The translations under genes were made by a program, and so were the position numbers. The notes beneath the pieces are model-generated. The model did not search any database, had not been told where the DNA came from, and was given only the letters and a program-made list of their open reading frames with translations. Below, piece after piece: positions 50,342 through 63,954 of a stretch of 64,000 bases of DNA (position 1 is its first letter; each line of letters begins with the position of its first letter). The stretch is from Octopus sinensis (lineage: Eukaryota), in the NCBI RefSeq assembly GCF_006345805.1, contig NC_043003.1, positions 94,736,001-94,800,000 of the forward strand, in the 5' to 3' direction.

Positions 50342-50871
50342 TTAGCATCCGCTTTACATGCTAGCATGGGTTGGATGGTTCAACTGGGGTCTGGGAAGCC
50401 AGAAGGCTGCACCAGCCCCAGTCTGATCAGGCAAAGTTTCTATGGCTGGATGCCCTTCCTAACGCCAACCACTCCGTGAGTGTAGTGGATGCTTTTTACG
50501 TGCCACCGGCACAGGTGCCAGACGGGGCTGGCAAACGGCCATGGATGGATGGTGCTTTTTACGTGCCACCGGCACAGGGACCAGGCAAGGCTGGCAATGG
50601 CCACGGTTGGATGGTGCTTTTTACGTGCCACCGGCACAGAGGCCAGTCGGGGCAACACTGGCAACGGCCACAGTCAGGTGGTGCGGGGGCCAGGCAAGGC
50701 TGGCAACGGCCACGATTGGGTGGTTCTTTTTACGTGCCACCGGCACGGAGGCCAGTCGGGGCGGCACTGGCAGCGGCCACAATCGGATGGTTCGCTTACG
50801 TGCCACCAGCTATGGTATCACAGCTGCAATTTCCATTGATGTTCATCGACTTCGATTTCTGATTTCCACTT
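50342..50871 (-). mobile_element. SINE family C with 5-6 tandem units
   Basis: ACGTGCCACC at 50498, 50561, 50623, 50732 and 50798. Confidence 0.85.
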
Positions 50872-51289
50872 GAAAACATCTTTACTTTTATAAATCACAA
50901 ACAACCTTCCTCATAACATAATAACAGCAAGTAAGACTAGCCATATTACAGTTGTTCTTGTTGTTGTTGCTGTTTTTGTTTAGCCCTGGGTCAGCCCTGA
51001 TCAAACAGAACTACAAGTAAAAAGAACTATTCTAGCCATAGTTATCCTCGGGCATGGTATATCTGTGACTATGCATTATCAAATATATTCTTTATCATTA
51101 TTTATTTTTAATGTGGAAATTTGGTTTGTATTTCTAGCAAACAAACCAAATAAATAGAAGTTTCTTTATATTCTTGTTTTCTACATTGTAAATCAAGAGA
51201 GTAAAAACTAGAATTTTTCGTTTTATTTATACCGGAGTATGAAGAAGTTACAGGTGTGCAGTATTGATTCTCTCATACCATACTAAACA

Positions 51290-51306
51290 CAGTGTTATTA
51301 TTATTA

Positions 51307-51357
<51 letters not shown>

Positions 51358-51630
51358 TTATTATTTTTATTATTATTATTATTTTTATTATTATTATTAT
51401 TTTTATTATTATTATTATTATATTATTATTATTATTATTTTTATTATTATTATTATATTATTATTATTATATTATTATTATTATTATATTATTATTATTA
51501 TATTATTATTATTATATTATTATTATTATTATTATTATTATATTATTATTATTATTATTATTATTATTATCACTATTATTGTTGTTGTTGTTGTTGTTAT
51601 CACCATCATCATTGTCGTCCTCATCATCGT
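51290..51630. repeat. Long (ATT)n compound microsatellite
   Basis: Directly visible. Confidence 0.95.
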
Positions 51631-52009
51631 CATCATCAAAAATGGGGTGAATGTAGCAAGAATGGTCTGAGAGAACTGGCCTACACTAAGCATGTTCCTG
51701 TAAACTGAAAGAAAATTATGTGAAGAGGGCATTTCCCCTAGTGATCAGAGTGCCCATGGTTTTGAGGGGCTTTCACGAGCAGCCCTAGGAAGTTATGCTT
51801 TTTGGGGGAATTATTCATCATTAGAATTTTTATTTTATTATTGTTTTTCTACTTTTTACATGCTTCTTTATTTAACCCAACATTATAATGTCCAGTACTG
51901 ACCCCAACGTTTTTTGTAAACCCTTAAAGGAAATAATGAAATCATTATTATCAATACAAAAATATAAACAACAACAAAACCAGAAAAGTATTCAGAAGTC
52001 AAATTTTTA

Positions 52010-52415
52010 GTTTACTCTTTTACTCTTTTACTTGTTTTAGTCATTTGACTGCGGCCATGCTGGAGCACCGCCATTAGTCAAGCAAATCGACCCCGGGACT
52101 TATTCTTTGTAAGCCCAGTACTTATTCTATCGCTCTCTTTTGCCGAACTGCTAAGTGACGGGGACGTAAACACACCAGCATCGGTTGTCAAGCAATGCTA
52201 GGGGGACAAACACAGACACACAGACACACAAACATGCACACACACATACATATATACGACAGGCTTCTTTCAGTTTCTATCTACCAAATCCACTCACAAG
52301 GCATTGGTCAGCCCGGGGCTATAGCAGAAGACACTTGCCCAAGGTGCCACGCAGTGGGACTGAACCCGGAACCATGTGATTGGTTAGCAAGCTACTTACC
52401 ACACAGCCACTCCGG
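52010..52415 (-). mobile_element. SINE A
   Basis: Reverse complement of the full element. Confidence 0.9.
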
Positions 52416-54376
52416 CACCTTTTTTTCTTTTCTCTCTTTTAGTACTGTTTACCATTCTTTTCTCCATGTTAGCAAACATGCTGGATGATTTACTTTACAA
52501 TAATTATCTTTTTAAGACACTCTTCTTATAATTAATCATTTAGCTGAAAAAATCAGAGCAGGTTATATTGTTGATGTTGCTACCACTGCTGTTGTTGTTG
52601 TTACTGTTGTTATCGATGTTATTAGTCAATCAGTCTGTTAATATATGTCAATCTGCCGTTCAAACAATGATGAACAGTGTTTTATACTTTGTCCAATAAC
52701 ACAGACAGTGACTGGAATAAGGTTTGAACTCCTGTGTCACATCAAGCTGCTACAAAGCTATCTGTGTACTTTAACAAATAAATTTTCAGGACTGTCTATA
52801 CATGACTTAAGTACTGGCTGATTAAGACAGCTTACCATTACCTTTTAGCTAATGTTTTAATCTACAGATTTAAATATTTTAAAAATGTCATCAGGTCTAA
52901 ATCCTCCCATAATACATAGGATATTAAAGTTAAATTTGGCAGTTAATCACTTGTAGTTGTGTTGTGTTCTTCAATTTTTTATGAGAAATCCATTTCCAAT
53001 TTGCTTCCTTATAATAAATTTACATGGAAACTTAAGATGCTGAAGATTATTGGATAAATTATAACAGAGAGGAGTACAAGAAACACACTTAGCTAGCTAA
53101 GAATTATTAAGCAGTCTACATCAAGTTCTTCCAATTTTATAGCATAATAAGTTGATGTCCTAAATATTTATCTCAACAAAATTTATCTATTTTTTATGTT
53201 TGTTTTTGTTTTTTGCTCTTTTATTTGTGGTGGGGTTAACATTAGTACAATAGAAAACATCTATTAAATAAAAGAACAAAATGTTGTTAAATTTTTCTGA
53301 ACAAGGTTACTAAAAGTTGTATAGGAAAACTTTGCAAACAACATCACTACCATCTGTAACCTCCCTCTATTCCCATGAAGATTCTTTGTCTCCCAGTAAC
53401 AATACTTGTATTCTGTTTTGAATTCAAATAAGTGTTGAGATGTCAAAAAACAGTGTGAAATACAATAAAATTTTATCTTATGTAAGTAGTTACTTTCTGA
53501 TATTGGTCAAGCTTGGGAAAAGTGAGACAGACTCAATCTCTATCCAGAAGTTGTTTTAGACAACATCTGAATTTATCATTAAAAGAAGGGAAACACCCAG
53601 TCTTCAGGATTTGAATTGTAATAGTTTCAAGATGGATATCAAAGCTTAAAAAAAGAAGATAATTATGGTTTCCTCTTTTAGATTATGATTTGTGGAGATG
53701 TAGCATAAACCAACAGCATGGCATAAATTCATTTAAGATACTGTAGTAAGATAAAAAGCTGAAAAGCCAATATGGTGGGGTTTTTTTCTTTTTTCTTTTC
53801 TTTTTTTTTTTTTTTACAAGCAATATGTTACAAACCTTAATTTTCTTAATCTTTTCACTCCAGTATAGGAAAAAATAATTTCAAAAAATACTAAAAACAT
53901 ATTATCATTCGTTTAAGACTGTAAATAATGTAAACATAGCAAAAACGTATGACTTTTCAAATGTTACTAAAAGGATTATCAAATAGTGATAAAATGGTAT
54001 TGAAAAGGATTCTTCCTTGCTTAATTTAATCTGCATCATCATCACCACCACCATTATCATCATCCTCATCATCATGGTGGGGGGGGGTGCTGGTGCTTGT
54101 TAATTTCTGGAAAATTCTGTATTTGTAGACAATCACACAAAACCCCATGCAATTATCTCTCTTTCACTCTCTTACTGTTTCACTAGTTTCAGTCTTGTTG
54201 GGGCAATGCCTTGGTGGATTTTACACAATTACATCATCCCTGGTTCTTATCTTTAATCCTGTTATTTATTTTAACATTTCTATTTGTCACATCATTAAGT
54301 AACAAAATGTAAATACTGACATTGTTTTTCCAGATATATATAAATATGTATATACACACATATAGCTGTGTATGTG

Positions 54377-54416
<40 letters not shown>

Positions 54417-56150
54417 TACATATATGTGTGTGTATGTGTGTGTATGTGTGTGTGTGTGTTTGTGCGTGTGTACACATATCTAAAACAATAGATTTATAAT
54501 AAAACAGATATTACTTGAAAAAATATGGAACATATATATGTGCTGGGCTTCCACACAATTTCCATCACTAATTTTACACTGAGCAGCATAAAGCTTTAGT
54601 AGGAAACACTTGTTTATGATAACATATAATGTGACCAAACCAGAGCTGACAAAGTTCCAATCCAACAGTCATGCCTGCAAATTCTAGTTAGATCTTAAAA
54701 TATAATTAGATGTTAATTATAAAAATCTCAATTTTTTTATTTTTATTTTACATTTATTGAGTCTAAAATTATTTTCTTGTGTTTCGAGGATATTGTTCAG
54801 AAACAAAGTGGCTAATAAAATTAGTGCCAATAATACACTGGACTTAACTCAATTCCATCCCAGAGAAAAACCGGCCTCATGTCTAATCAAAAGAAATCAA
54901 TATGCTATTCTCGAGAGTTTCTAAGATAGTTTTTGATCATAGAAGAAATATAGTCTACAGCATGGCCCATTGATTCTGTTAGTAAATAAATTAATGCCAA
55001 AGACTCTATTGACTTCCAGTTTTTGAATCAGGTACAAAAATAGCAAGATTTATAGAATTACTTTGTTGTATATGACCAGTATGTGACCAGAAGAGCCACT
55101 ACAATCAGCACAATTACCACTTAAACTCTTGCCACTACCACTATTTTCCCTATCACTATCACCATCACTATCATCATTCATACATCTTCCATAGTCATTT
55201 CTACTTACATTATATCCAAAGCTATAACAATTTGCATTTTTTCTTTTCTTTGATCTATATATCTTTCTGTTCACCACCAATCTTCTGCCCCTTTTTATCT
55301 CAGTTCTGTTTAAATCCTTCCCCCAGTTGTGTTTTTATCTCTCTTTGTAATCAGTCTTCCTAACCTTACTCTTCTTGCTTTTTCCTCTATTCCATAATTT
55401 CTAAATAATTATCTCTGTTTAGTAAGACAGCACTTGATCTCCCAACCCCACATCCAGTTGCTGCATGTGTAATTCATGTTTTAATTGACTGAGATTTTTA
55501 GAAATGTTGCTTCATGTTTGCCTTCATCAGATTTAAGTTAGTGTCTCCCTCTTCAAGAAATATTGGCATTTTTCTTTGACAAAAGAAATTATTATGGAAA
55601 ACATTATTAGGACAATCATTTGTTAAAAATATCAAAAGTACAAGACAAAATGACACATTATTTAAGCTCATCCATCTTCTGCATTCTATATTTAGCAAGG
55701 GGTCAACAATGGCATTTCACCTCTTTGGAAAATGAGGAGTAGGATCTTCATTTCAAGGAGGATTTAAGTTTTTGAAATTATTGAGTGATATTTGGCTGCT
55801 ATTTATAGTATGTTGCATAGTCTTAGAGAGTTTTCTATCAGTCTAATTTAGTTGTAAAAGTCCAATTCCTGGTTTAGTGACAACTAGATTCCATTTACTG
55901 GTTGTGGTTTCCTAAAATGATATAATGACGAGGCTGTAGTGTGGCTAGTTTTCTCGGGGGACTAGAACAGAGTTCTAGAGAGATAAAGTCCTTCCAAAAG
56001 AAGGACTGAATCTATATAGACTTATATAGACTGGTTTTAATAGTTTTTTGGTTTTTTTGCTTGTTCAGAACAAGAATTTGTACAAGTACAGTAGAAAAGA
56101 CAAAAACGATACACTATTGAGTTGATGAGTAAAGGTTTGCTATATATAAT

Positions 56151-56380
56151 TTAACACTTTAGCATTCATGTTATTCTGTCAAATGTAATGCTTATTTATT
56201 CACATTGTTTTGAATTAATTATGAATTATCTCATAGCTTGGAGATTTCAATGATGTGATTGTATATTTTTGGAATGACATTGTATGGTAGATTTAAAAGG
56301 TCAGATTCTGACAGTTTGAACACAAAAGAGGTAGAATATTTAGGCCAGATATGGCTGTTTTTTTAATGCTAAAGGATTAA
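56151..56380 (+). mobile_element. TTAA-flanked MITE, copy 3
   Basis: TTAACACTTTAGCATT..AATGCTAAAGGATTAA. Confidence 0.65.
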
Positions 56381-57623
56381 GATGGTAATGTGAGTAGAAT
56401 TTGCTCCACTCCATCTACTCTGTTATTACACAACATCAACAGTAATAGAATTGAGAGAAAATAACTCAAGGAAGTGATCTACATGCTAAAAACACATATG
56501 GTAGGGTCTCACACATGTAATACAATGAGTTGAAAAGCTTCCTTTAACTGATATTACCCATGTAATTTGTAGACAAAAACTTCCTAAAACAATAAGCAAG
56601 GGGGATAACCTCCATAATATTTTCTAAAAATTTGAGAAAATAAGACAGTGTAGATCAGAGTGGATCTTGTCTTTAACTCCAGCTGGTCAAAACAACTAAC
56701 ATGTTTCAAACTTATTTAACCTCATCAGCAAAGTAAATTCTACTCAGTTGCCAAGACATAAAAGTGATGAACATGTATGAAATCAAATTAGTGCAGTGAT
56801 GCACATCGGTTCCAAATCCAATGCTGATGATACCAATTGCAACAACATATTTCACTCCACTCATGGCTGATTTTCTGCAGCACTCCTCAATACTTGTTTT
56901 CTACCTGAGAAACATAATATTAAATTGGATTTATACTTTTATAAAGAATTTTGAATTTATACTTTTTAAAAAAGTATGTAATATATTGATCTATTTTCAA
57001 TTAGTTTTCTTTTTTCTTACTTTTTGTGCTATTCAATAAATAGCAAGTCAGGCAATACATTAGACATTTTTTCCTAAAATTTAAAGATTGAATATTAATT
57101 TTAAACAATTTTAAATATTAAAATCACCAGCCTATAAAACATGTAAAAATACAATTTCAAGTATACTACATATAATTTGATAACTTTCATTGGAATATGA
57201 TAAATATTTTGGTATAAAATCTATTTTACTTAAATTTTTTGTTTTCTTTCTTTAAAATAATATTTCAAAAACAAATTAAATAAAATAAAAGAAGTTGGAA
57301 TTGTGGGATATAAATGGAAGATTTGTAATATTTTCGGATAAAAGCAATGCTTTTATGTTAAGAAGTTGAATTAAACAAAGTCATGCATAGCAGGATTAAA
57401 ATTAAATTAGTTAAACAAGACTTTCCAGGATGTGAAAACTCTTCCATTTTCTTTTCATGATCTAATAGATAGAGGAGAGCACTGATCTGTTTGAGAAAGT
57501 AATGCATGCATGCATACATGCACACAGACACACAGACACACAGACGTTCACATACATATGCACATACATACATATATAGATTGGATACATATATACATAC
57601 ATACTCACACATATATACATATG

Positions 57624-57682
<59 letters not shown>

Positions 57683-57841
57683 CACATATATATATATATC
57701 ATATATTTTATACACACACACACATACATATATGAATTAAGAATGGAGTTAAATGCAGGTGTTATTCAAATCTTTATACTTCTAACATATGTTTTGAAGA
57801 AAACATTGATATTATTCTGAAGGGAATAAAATGTTGTAACA

Positions 57842-57973
57842 CAATGTCATCATCTCATCAGGGAAAAAAAAGAGCAGCAAAACACATCAATAAGCCATTT
57901 TAACTAAATGACATTGAGTTATAATGGCTTACTGTTTTGTTTCTCTTTTTTCCCTGACGAAATGATTGCATTG
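57842..57973. repeat. Imperfect inverted repeat (~130 nt hairpin)
   Basis: TCAGGGAAAAAAAAGAG..TAAGCCATT pairs with AATGGCTTA..CTCTTTTTTCCCTGA. Confidence 0.6.
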
Positions 57974-58378
57974 TTTTGTGCTAATCCCAGGGATACCAAC
58001 TCTGATGTCAAAATCATGTGATTTGAAACGTGCATAGTGATGTATTAAATATTTACAAATTCCATCCTATATAAATTTAATTAGAGGATAAGTTAACTTT
58101 GTAAAGGAATGGTAACATCCAAGGAAATACTAGTTCAATACCTAGTATTATTGGGAATTGAAATTCCCTAACAACAATAGGTATACATTATATAGTTTAT
58201 ATCCAGTTAAATGAAGAAAAGAAAATGGAGAAAAGCAAGTTAATAGTTATATATTATTAACAAATTGATCATCTTTACTTCTTACAGCCGTTTCAAGTAA
58301 TACTCAATAATCTCATTACAAATTTGTGCATTAAATTTGCATTTATGTGACATGAGTATAAATTTCATTACAGAAAAA

Positions 58379-58477
58379 GATATATCTTGAGATGTTACAT
58401 ACCAACCTATCAGTTCACTTCAGCAGACTCAATGAAATGAAACTGAGAGGTTGGCATGTAACATCTCATGATATATC
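58379..58477. repeat. ~99 nt hairpin with ~44 bp stem
   Basis: GATATATCTTGAGATGTTACATACCAACCTATCAGTT pairs with AACTGAGAGGTTGGCATGTAACATCTCATGATATATC (3 mismatches over 37 bp). Confidence 0.75.
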
Positions 58478-59292
58478 CTATATATACATCATCTTCTCTC
58501 TTTAACTCATTCTCATTTCTCTATTTTTTGCTATTTGTTTACGTTAACTACCCAGCTTCTCATATACCACTTCTTCATGCTAAACTTCATTCTTCTGTAT
58601 AGATTTTTTTTCTTTTTTAAATATATTATACTACATACTAATTTCAACAGTTAGTTTTAATTTTAATTTAAATTTGATATTGTCTCCTCATTGGATATTT
58701 CTATTACTTACTTGCCCTATGCTACATATATGGAGCTATAATTCTAATTTCCATACCCATCTATAGAGGGAACATCTCCAATACCACTTTGCTTATATCT
58801 TCAAATAACTATTGAAACCATTAGTTATGGTTCAATATCCGACATGACTCCCATCTCTTTCTCAGATGGATACCAATATGACTCTCTTAGATCCAATTTT
58901 TTCTGCTCTATTCCTTTTTAAGTTCTTTGTATTATGGTTTCTTTCCTTCCTACATTGAAGTGTATGTTGATATATATTTATTTAATTCAATCATGAATTT
59001 ATATTATTATACCTCTGTACAAAATGATCGCCTGCAAGAATTAGACTCCTTATAAATTTTAACAACTTGTTTCCTCCATTCTTAACAAAATTGATGGGAT
59101 TTATGGAACTTCATTCCATAAATTCGTCATACATTATATACAAGTACTATTTTCATATCCTCACAAATTTACACCTGTAAACTCCCAGCAAGTTACAAAG
59201 AATCAACATTAGAAATCTTTTTTGGAAACCTCCAATTAAAGGACGAATCCACATTCGACCTTTATACACCTATATATATATATATATACACC

Positions 59293-59338
<46 letters not shown>

Positions 59339-59710
59339 GACTGTGTGGTAAGAAGCTTGCTTCCCCACCACATGGTCCCAGGTTCAGTCCCACTGCATTA
59401 CGCTCTGGACAAGTGTCTTCTACTATAGCATCAAGCCAGCCAAAGCCTCATGAATGGATGTAGTAGATGGAAACTGTATATATCTAAGTGTGTGTGATTT
59501 TGTCTGTGCTTCCCCCCACCCATCAACACTTGACAACCGATGTTGGTATATTTACATCCCCACAACTTAGTGGCTCAGCAAAAGAGACTGATAGAATAAG
59601 TACTAGGCTTAGAAAATAAGTCCTAGGATCAATTTGCTCGACTAAAATCCTTCAAGGTAGTGCTCCAGCATGGCCATAGTCAAATGACTGAAACAAGTAA
59701 AAGAATAAAG
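59339..59710 (+). mobile_element. SINE A
   Basis: Family motifs. Confidence 0.85.
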
Positions 59711-59852
59711 AATATATATATTCTCACTCACCTACTTACATGCATATAAATATATATATATTGGATATTGCTAAAATTTTGAATGTTTTGCTTGATACTG
59801 TAGCACATGTGTATATATATGTATATATATGTATATGTGTGTATGTGTGTGA

Positions 59853-59896
<44 letters not shown>

Positions 59897-59936
59897 CTAT
59901 CTATCTATTTATCTATCTCTCTCTCTCTCTCTCCCT

Positions 59937-59973
<37 letters not shown>

Positions 59974-61627
59974 CATTAATAGCTTCATACAACACTATAC
60001 TGAAGAACTTACAACTGATCTAATCTGAGAATGTACTTATGCACAAAACTAACTTGTTCCATTATCTAAATAGACCTTATCAATTATCTCTGTAACATTT
60101 GCTGAATGTGTACCAATATCTTCAGGGTATTTATATTCTTCTCTGAATTGAGTTTCACTAACAATTATAGTTGCACTGACATGAGTGGCTTTCTTGGCAT
60201 CGTTGTATTTTAAGCAAGAATTCTTAACATACGTTTAGTCACTTGGAATAAATGCATCTAACATTGTATACAATGAAATAGCTTTTTGCAACATGATTGC
60301 AACAATAAATAAATATTTTACTTTTTATCTCCTATTTTTTACTTGCTTCAGTCATTGGACCAAAGCCATGCCGGGGCACTGCTTTGAAGGATTTTGTTTA
60401 AAAAATTGACCCCAGCTCTTATGTATATTATGTATATTTTTTCCCCCTAAACTTTGTACTTATTCTATCAGACTCTTTTGCAAAATTGTCAAGTTACAGG
60501 GGCATAAACAAACCAATACCAGTTGTCAAGTAGTGCAAGGGGGCAAATACATAGAGACACCCACACATATGTATACGTTTACATACACACATATATATAC
60601 ATATATACTAGCTGAATAGCCCGTCATTGTCAGGCAATTTTTACAATAGAGTATCTTATATAAATTTTTGTTTATTCCATGTCAGACCATGCCTTCCCCA
60701 ACAGATAGACCTCTTGATCAGGTCAGATTTGTGCAGTTTTTCACAAAAAACTTCATGCAGGGTATTTTTCCTTTCTAAATTATTTACATGTCTATTCAAC
60801 CATTTCACATGATTCTATTCATTAAAACTTATTAAAACTTCAGAAGTTCTTACAACTTTGATCATCGTAATACTTTACTTTTGCTTGTTTAATAAAAATT
60901 CCTCCTTAATGATTTTGCTTTCATTTTGTGATAGAGAGTTATGCAGAAAATGCCAGCTTACAAATCCTGTTTTCTGATTAGGTAAAATTGATTAAACTTT
61001 AAACCTCAGTAACGTTTTTCTGCAATTTTTCTGGAACAATTAAATAAATAACAAAGTCATATTTAACATGGAAAATTATTTCAATATGCCAAGTTTGAAA
61101 ATTTTGACCTAATTTTAAAATTTCACAATATGTGACAGCAACAGGGATGACCCTAAAAAAGTAGAGACAGACAGTTATAGGACATCACACACACAACACA
61201 CACACACATATATATATATATATACACAACGGGCTTCCATACAGTTTTCAACAATACCATTCACTAACAAAGCATTGCAGCTGAGGGCCAAAGTCAAAGA
61301 CACTGTCCCAGGGTGCTGTTCAATGGGAATGAACCATAAGTTACTTGGTTTCAAAGCAAATTTCCCAACCACACAGTTGATTCTTTTTTTCTTTGTAGGT
61401 TAGAAGTATATACAGCTTATCAATCAATCTGACGTTATAAGCCATAAGCAATTATACTGTCTATAAAACTACATTTTTTTTTTAAACATTTAATATTTTC
61501 TATAAACTCAATCCAATAAAGTAGATAAAAATCCAAAATCAGAGGAAAAAAAGTGTATCATTTAAGCTAGTCAGCAACTGATATTTTGTTCCAGCAATCT
61601 GTCTGACATTTGTTAATAAAGTTCTGA

Positions 61628-61781
61628 GTGGCTGTGTGGTAAGTAGCTTGTTTACCAACCACATGGTTCTGGGTTCAGTCCCACTTTGTGGCACCTTGGG
61701 CAAGGGTTTTCTACAATGGCCTCGAGCCAACCAAAGCCTTGTGAGTGGATCTGACAGACAGAGACTGAAAGAAGCCCGTTG

Positions 61782-61834
<53 letters not shown>

Positions 61835-62430
61835 GCATGTATATTTTTGTGTGTTTGTTTGTCCCCCCTCCATTGCTTGACAACCGATGTTGGTCTATTT
61901 GCATCACTGTAACTTTGCGGTTTGGCAAAAGAGACCGATAGAATAAGTACAAGGCTTACAAAGAATAAATCCTGGTGTCAATTTGTTCAACTAAAGTCGG
62001 TGCTCCAGTCAAAAAACTGAAACAAAGAAAAAAAAAAAGAGCTGTGGAGCTGAATCAATGGGACAGTTCTTTCATAAAATCCCTCTTCACAGTCACTAAG
62101 TTGAATTAAAGCATTTAACACTTATATTTGTCATTGACTGATACACATTACTGTTTAAAGCTACTATTATACCATAAAATTGAACCATATACTTTGCACT
62201 TTATTTAATTCTTGTAGCCATCATATAATTTATATATAGTAACTAAAAGGTTTATTTTAAACTAGTATATATGATGCAGGCATGGCTGTGTGGTAAGAAA
62301 CTTGCTTCCTAACTACATGGTCCTGGGTTCCGTCACACTAGATGACACCTTGGGAAGATGTCTTCTACTATAGCCTCAGGCTAACCAAAGGCTAGTGAGT
62401 AGATGGAAACTGGAAGAAGCCAGTTGTGTG
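61628..62430 (+). mobile_element. SINE A (61628-62040) and a SINE A left arm (62278-62430)
   Basis: Family motifs. Confidence 0.8.
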
Positions 62431-62441
62431 TGTTTTTGTAT

Positions 62442-63016
62442 GATATTTCACTTGGGTTTTTCACTATTGAGAGATGCAAAACAAGTTACAAATATTGACC
62501 TTGTTTGCTATGAGCATTTACAGTATATTTGAAGAGTTTTTCAAATTTAATACTTGTATTTCTATTTAAACATTCATTTCATCAGATCACTTTTTATATT
62601 AATGTGAAGTGTTTGACTTCATGTCATCAGATAACTGATACCTGTTTGCACATGGTTCTTGTTTGGGAAAATTGGCTATTTTGTCAGCTTGTTCTCTTGT
62701 TTCCTAACTGATTTAAGTTAACGACGTCGTGTTGATGATCAGATACCCAACACTTCACATTTGTTGAAGTTGACTTAAGGTTTTCTCATACATGTTCTGA
62801 GGAAGGTGAGACAATAATGCCAGTCCAGAAACCGGTCCACTTGAGTCCAAATACTTTAATGTATGCTGAGATATTGTCTTAGCCCGTTTGCCTTTGGATG
62901 GTTGATTTCTGTAGTTATTATCAGAGTATTTTGGCGATTTAAATAAGAGATTCAACTGTTATTTCTAGCAGGTAGACATACTTAGTATGTCCTTTGATTA
63001 ATTTTAATCCTTCAGC

Positions 63017-63047
<31 letters not shown>

Positions 63048-63897
63048 ATAAGATCGTTAATTTAAAAATAAAATAACGATTTTATCAAGTGGTCAGCATG
63101 GAAAAAATAACTTTCAAAGGTAATAATTATTAAAATTATAAATTAGGGTATTTACGAGATACCACCATGCTGAAAATGGCATTTTCAGTATGGTGGTATC
63201 TCGTAGATACCCTAATTTATAATTTTAAATATATATATGTGAAACAATTTATCCTTTCTTCTTACTTTGTTTCTGATGCTAGATGGCAACCTGGTTGATT
63301 GAACTAGTCATCTTTTAATGGTTAAAACTACAATAAAACTACATCTCAGGCATTGTTGCATCATTTGGATACCACAAATCATCAAAGATTAGATTGCTGT
63401 AATAAACATGCAATGGAAAGCAACTAAATTGATTACATTAAAAAAAATAACACTAATAAACTGCAATGTGCCTTTTCATTAAAGTATTTAGTTTAGGTTG
63501 ACTTCAATGCTCTGTAGACTTAAGTGCGTGACGAGATGATATATGTGCATATTACGTGTATCAGAAAACATTAAGTCAACTTCAACGAATGTGAAGTGTT
63601 GGATATCCACTGATCATTAACATAAATCAGTTAGAAAACAAGAGAACAAGCTGACAAAGTAGCCAATTTCCCCAAACAAGAACCATGCAAAACAAGTATC
63701 AGTTATCAGGTGATGTTGTGAAGTCAAACACTTCTAACTAATATAAAAAGGGACCTGATGAAATGGATGTTTAAATAGAAATACAAATATTAAATTTGAA
63801 AAATTCTTCAACTATACCGTAAATGCTCATTGCAAACAAGGTCAATATTTACAACTTTTTTGCAAATCTTAATAGTGAAAAACCCAAGTGAAATATC
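62442..63897. mobile_element. ~345 bp inverted repeats (62442-62794 / 63554-63897) around a ~760 bp spacer; foldback/MITE-like
   Basis: GATATTTCACTTGGGTTTTTCACTATT..GTTGAAGTTGACTTAA is the reverse complement of TTAAGTCAACTTCAAC..AATAGTGAAAAACCCAAGTGAAATATC; roughly 85-90% identity by eye. Confidence 0.8.
63043..63230. mobile_element. Insertion in (TA)n ending in a 99 bp fold-back palindrome
   Basis: 49-bp arms 63130-63178 and 63180-63228, 2 mismatches, 1-nt loop. The 5' part AGGATAAGATC..ATCAAGTGGTCAGCATG resembles 35160. Confidence 0.75.
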
Positions 63898-63904
63898 TCG
63901 TTCA

Positions 63905-63954
<50 letters not shown>

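Noticed and set aside
50490-50830. CRISPR-like look of regularly spaced 62-66 bp units
   Set aside because: The spacers are homologous to each other, the context is eukaryotic and there are no cas genes; it is a SINE-internal VNTR.
55050-55280. 76 aa D/S/G-rich minus-strand ORF
   Set aside because: Degenerate CAT/CAC repeat with no splice or homology support.
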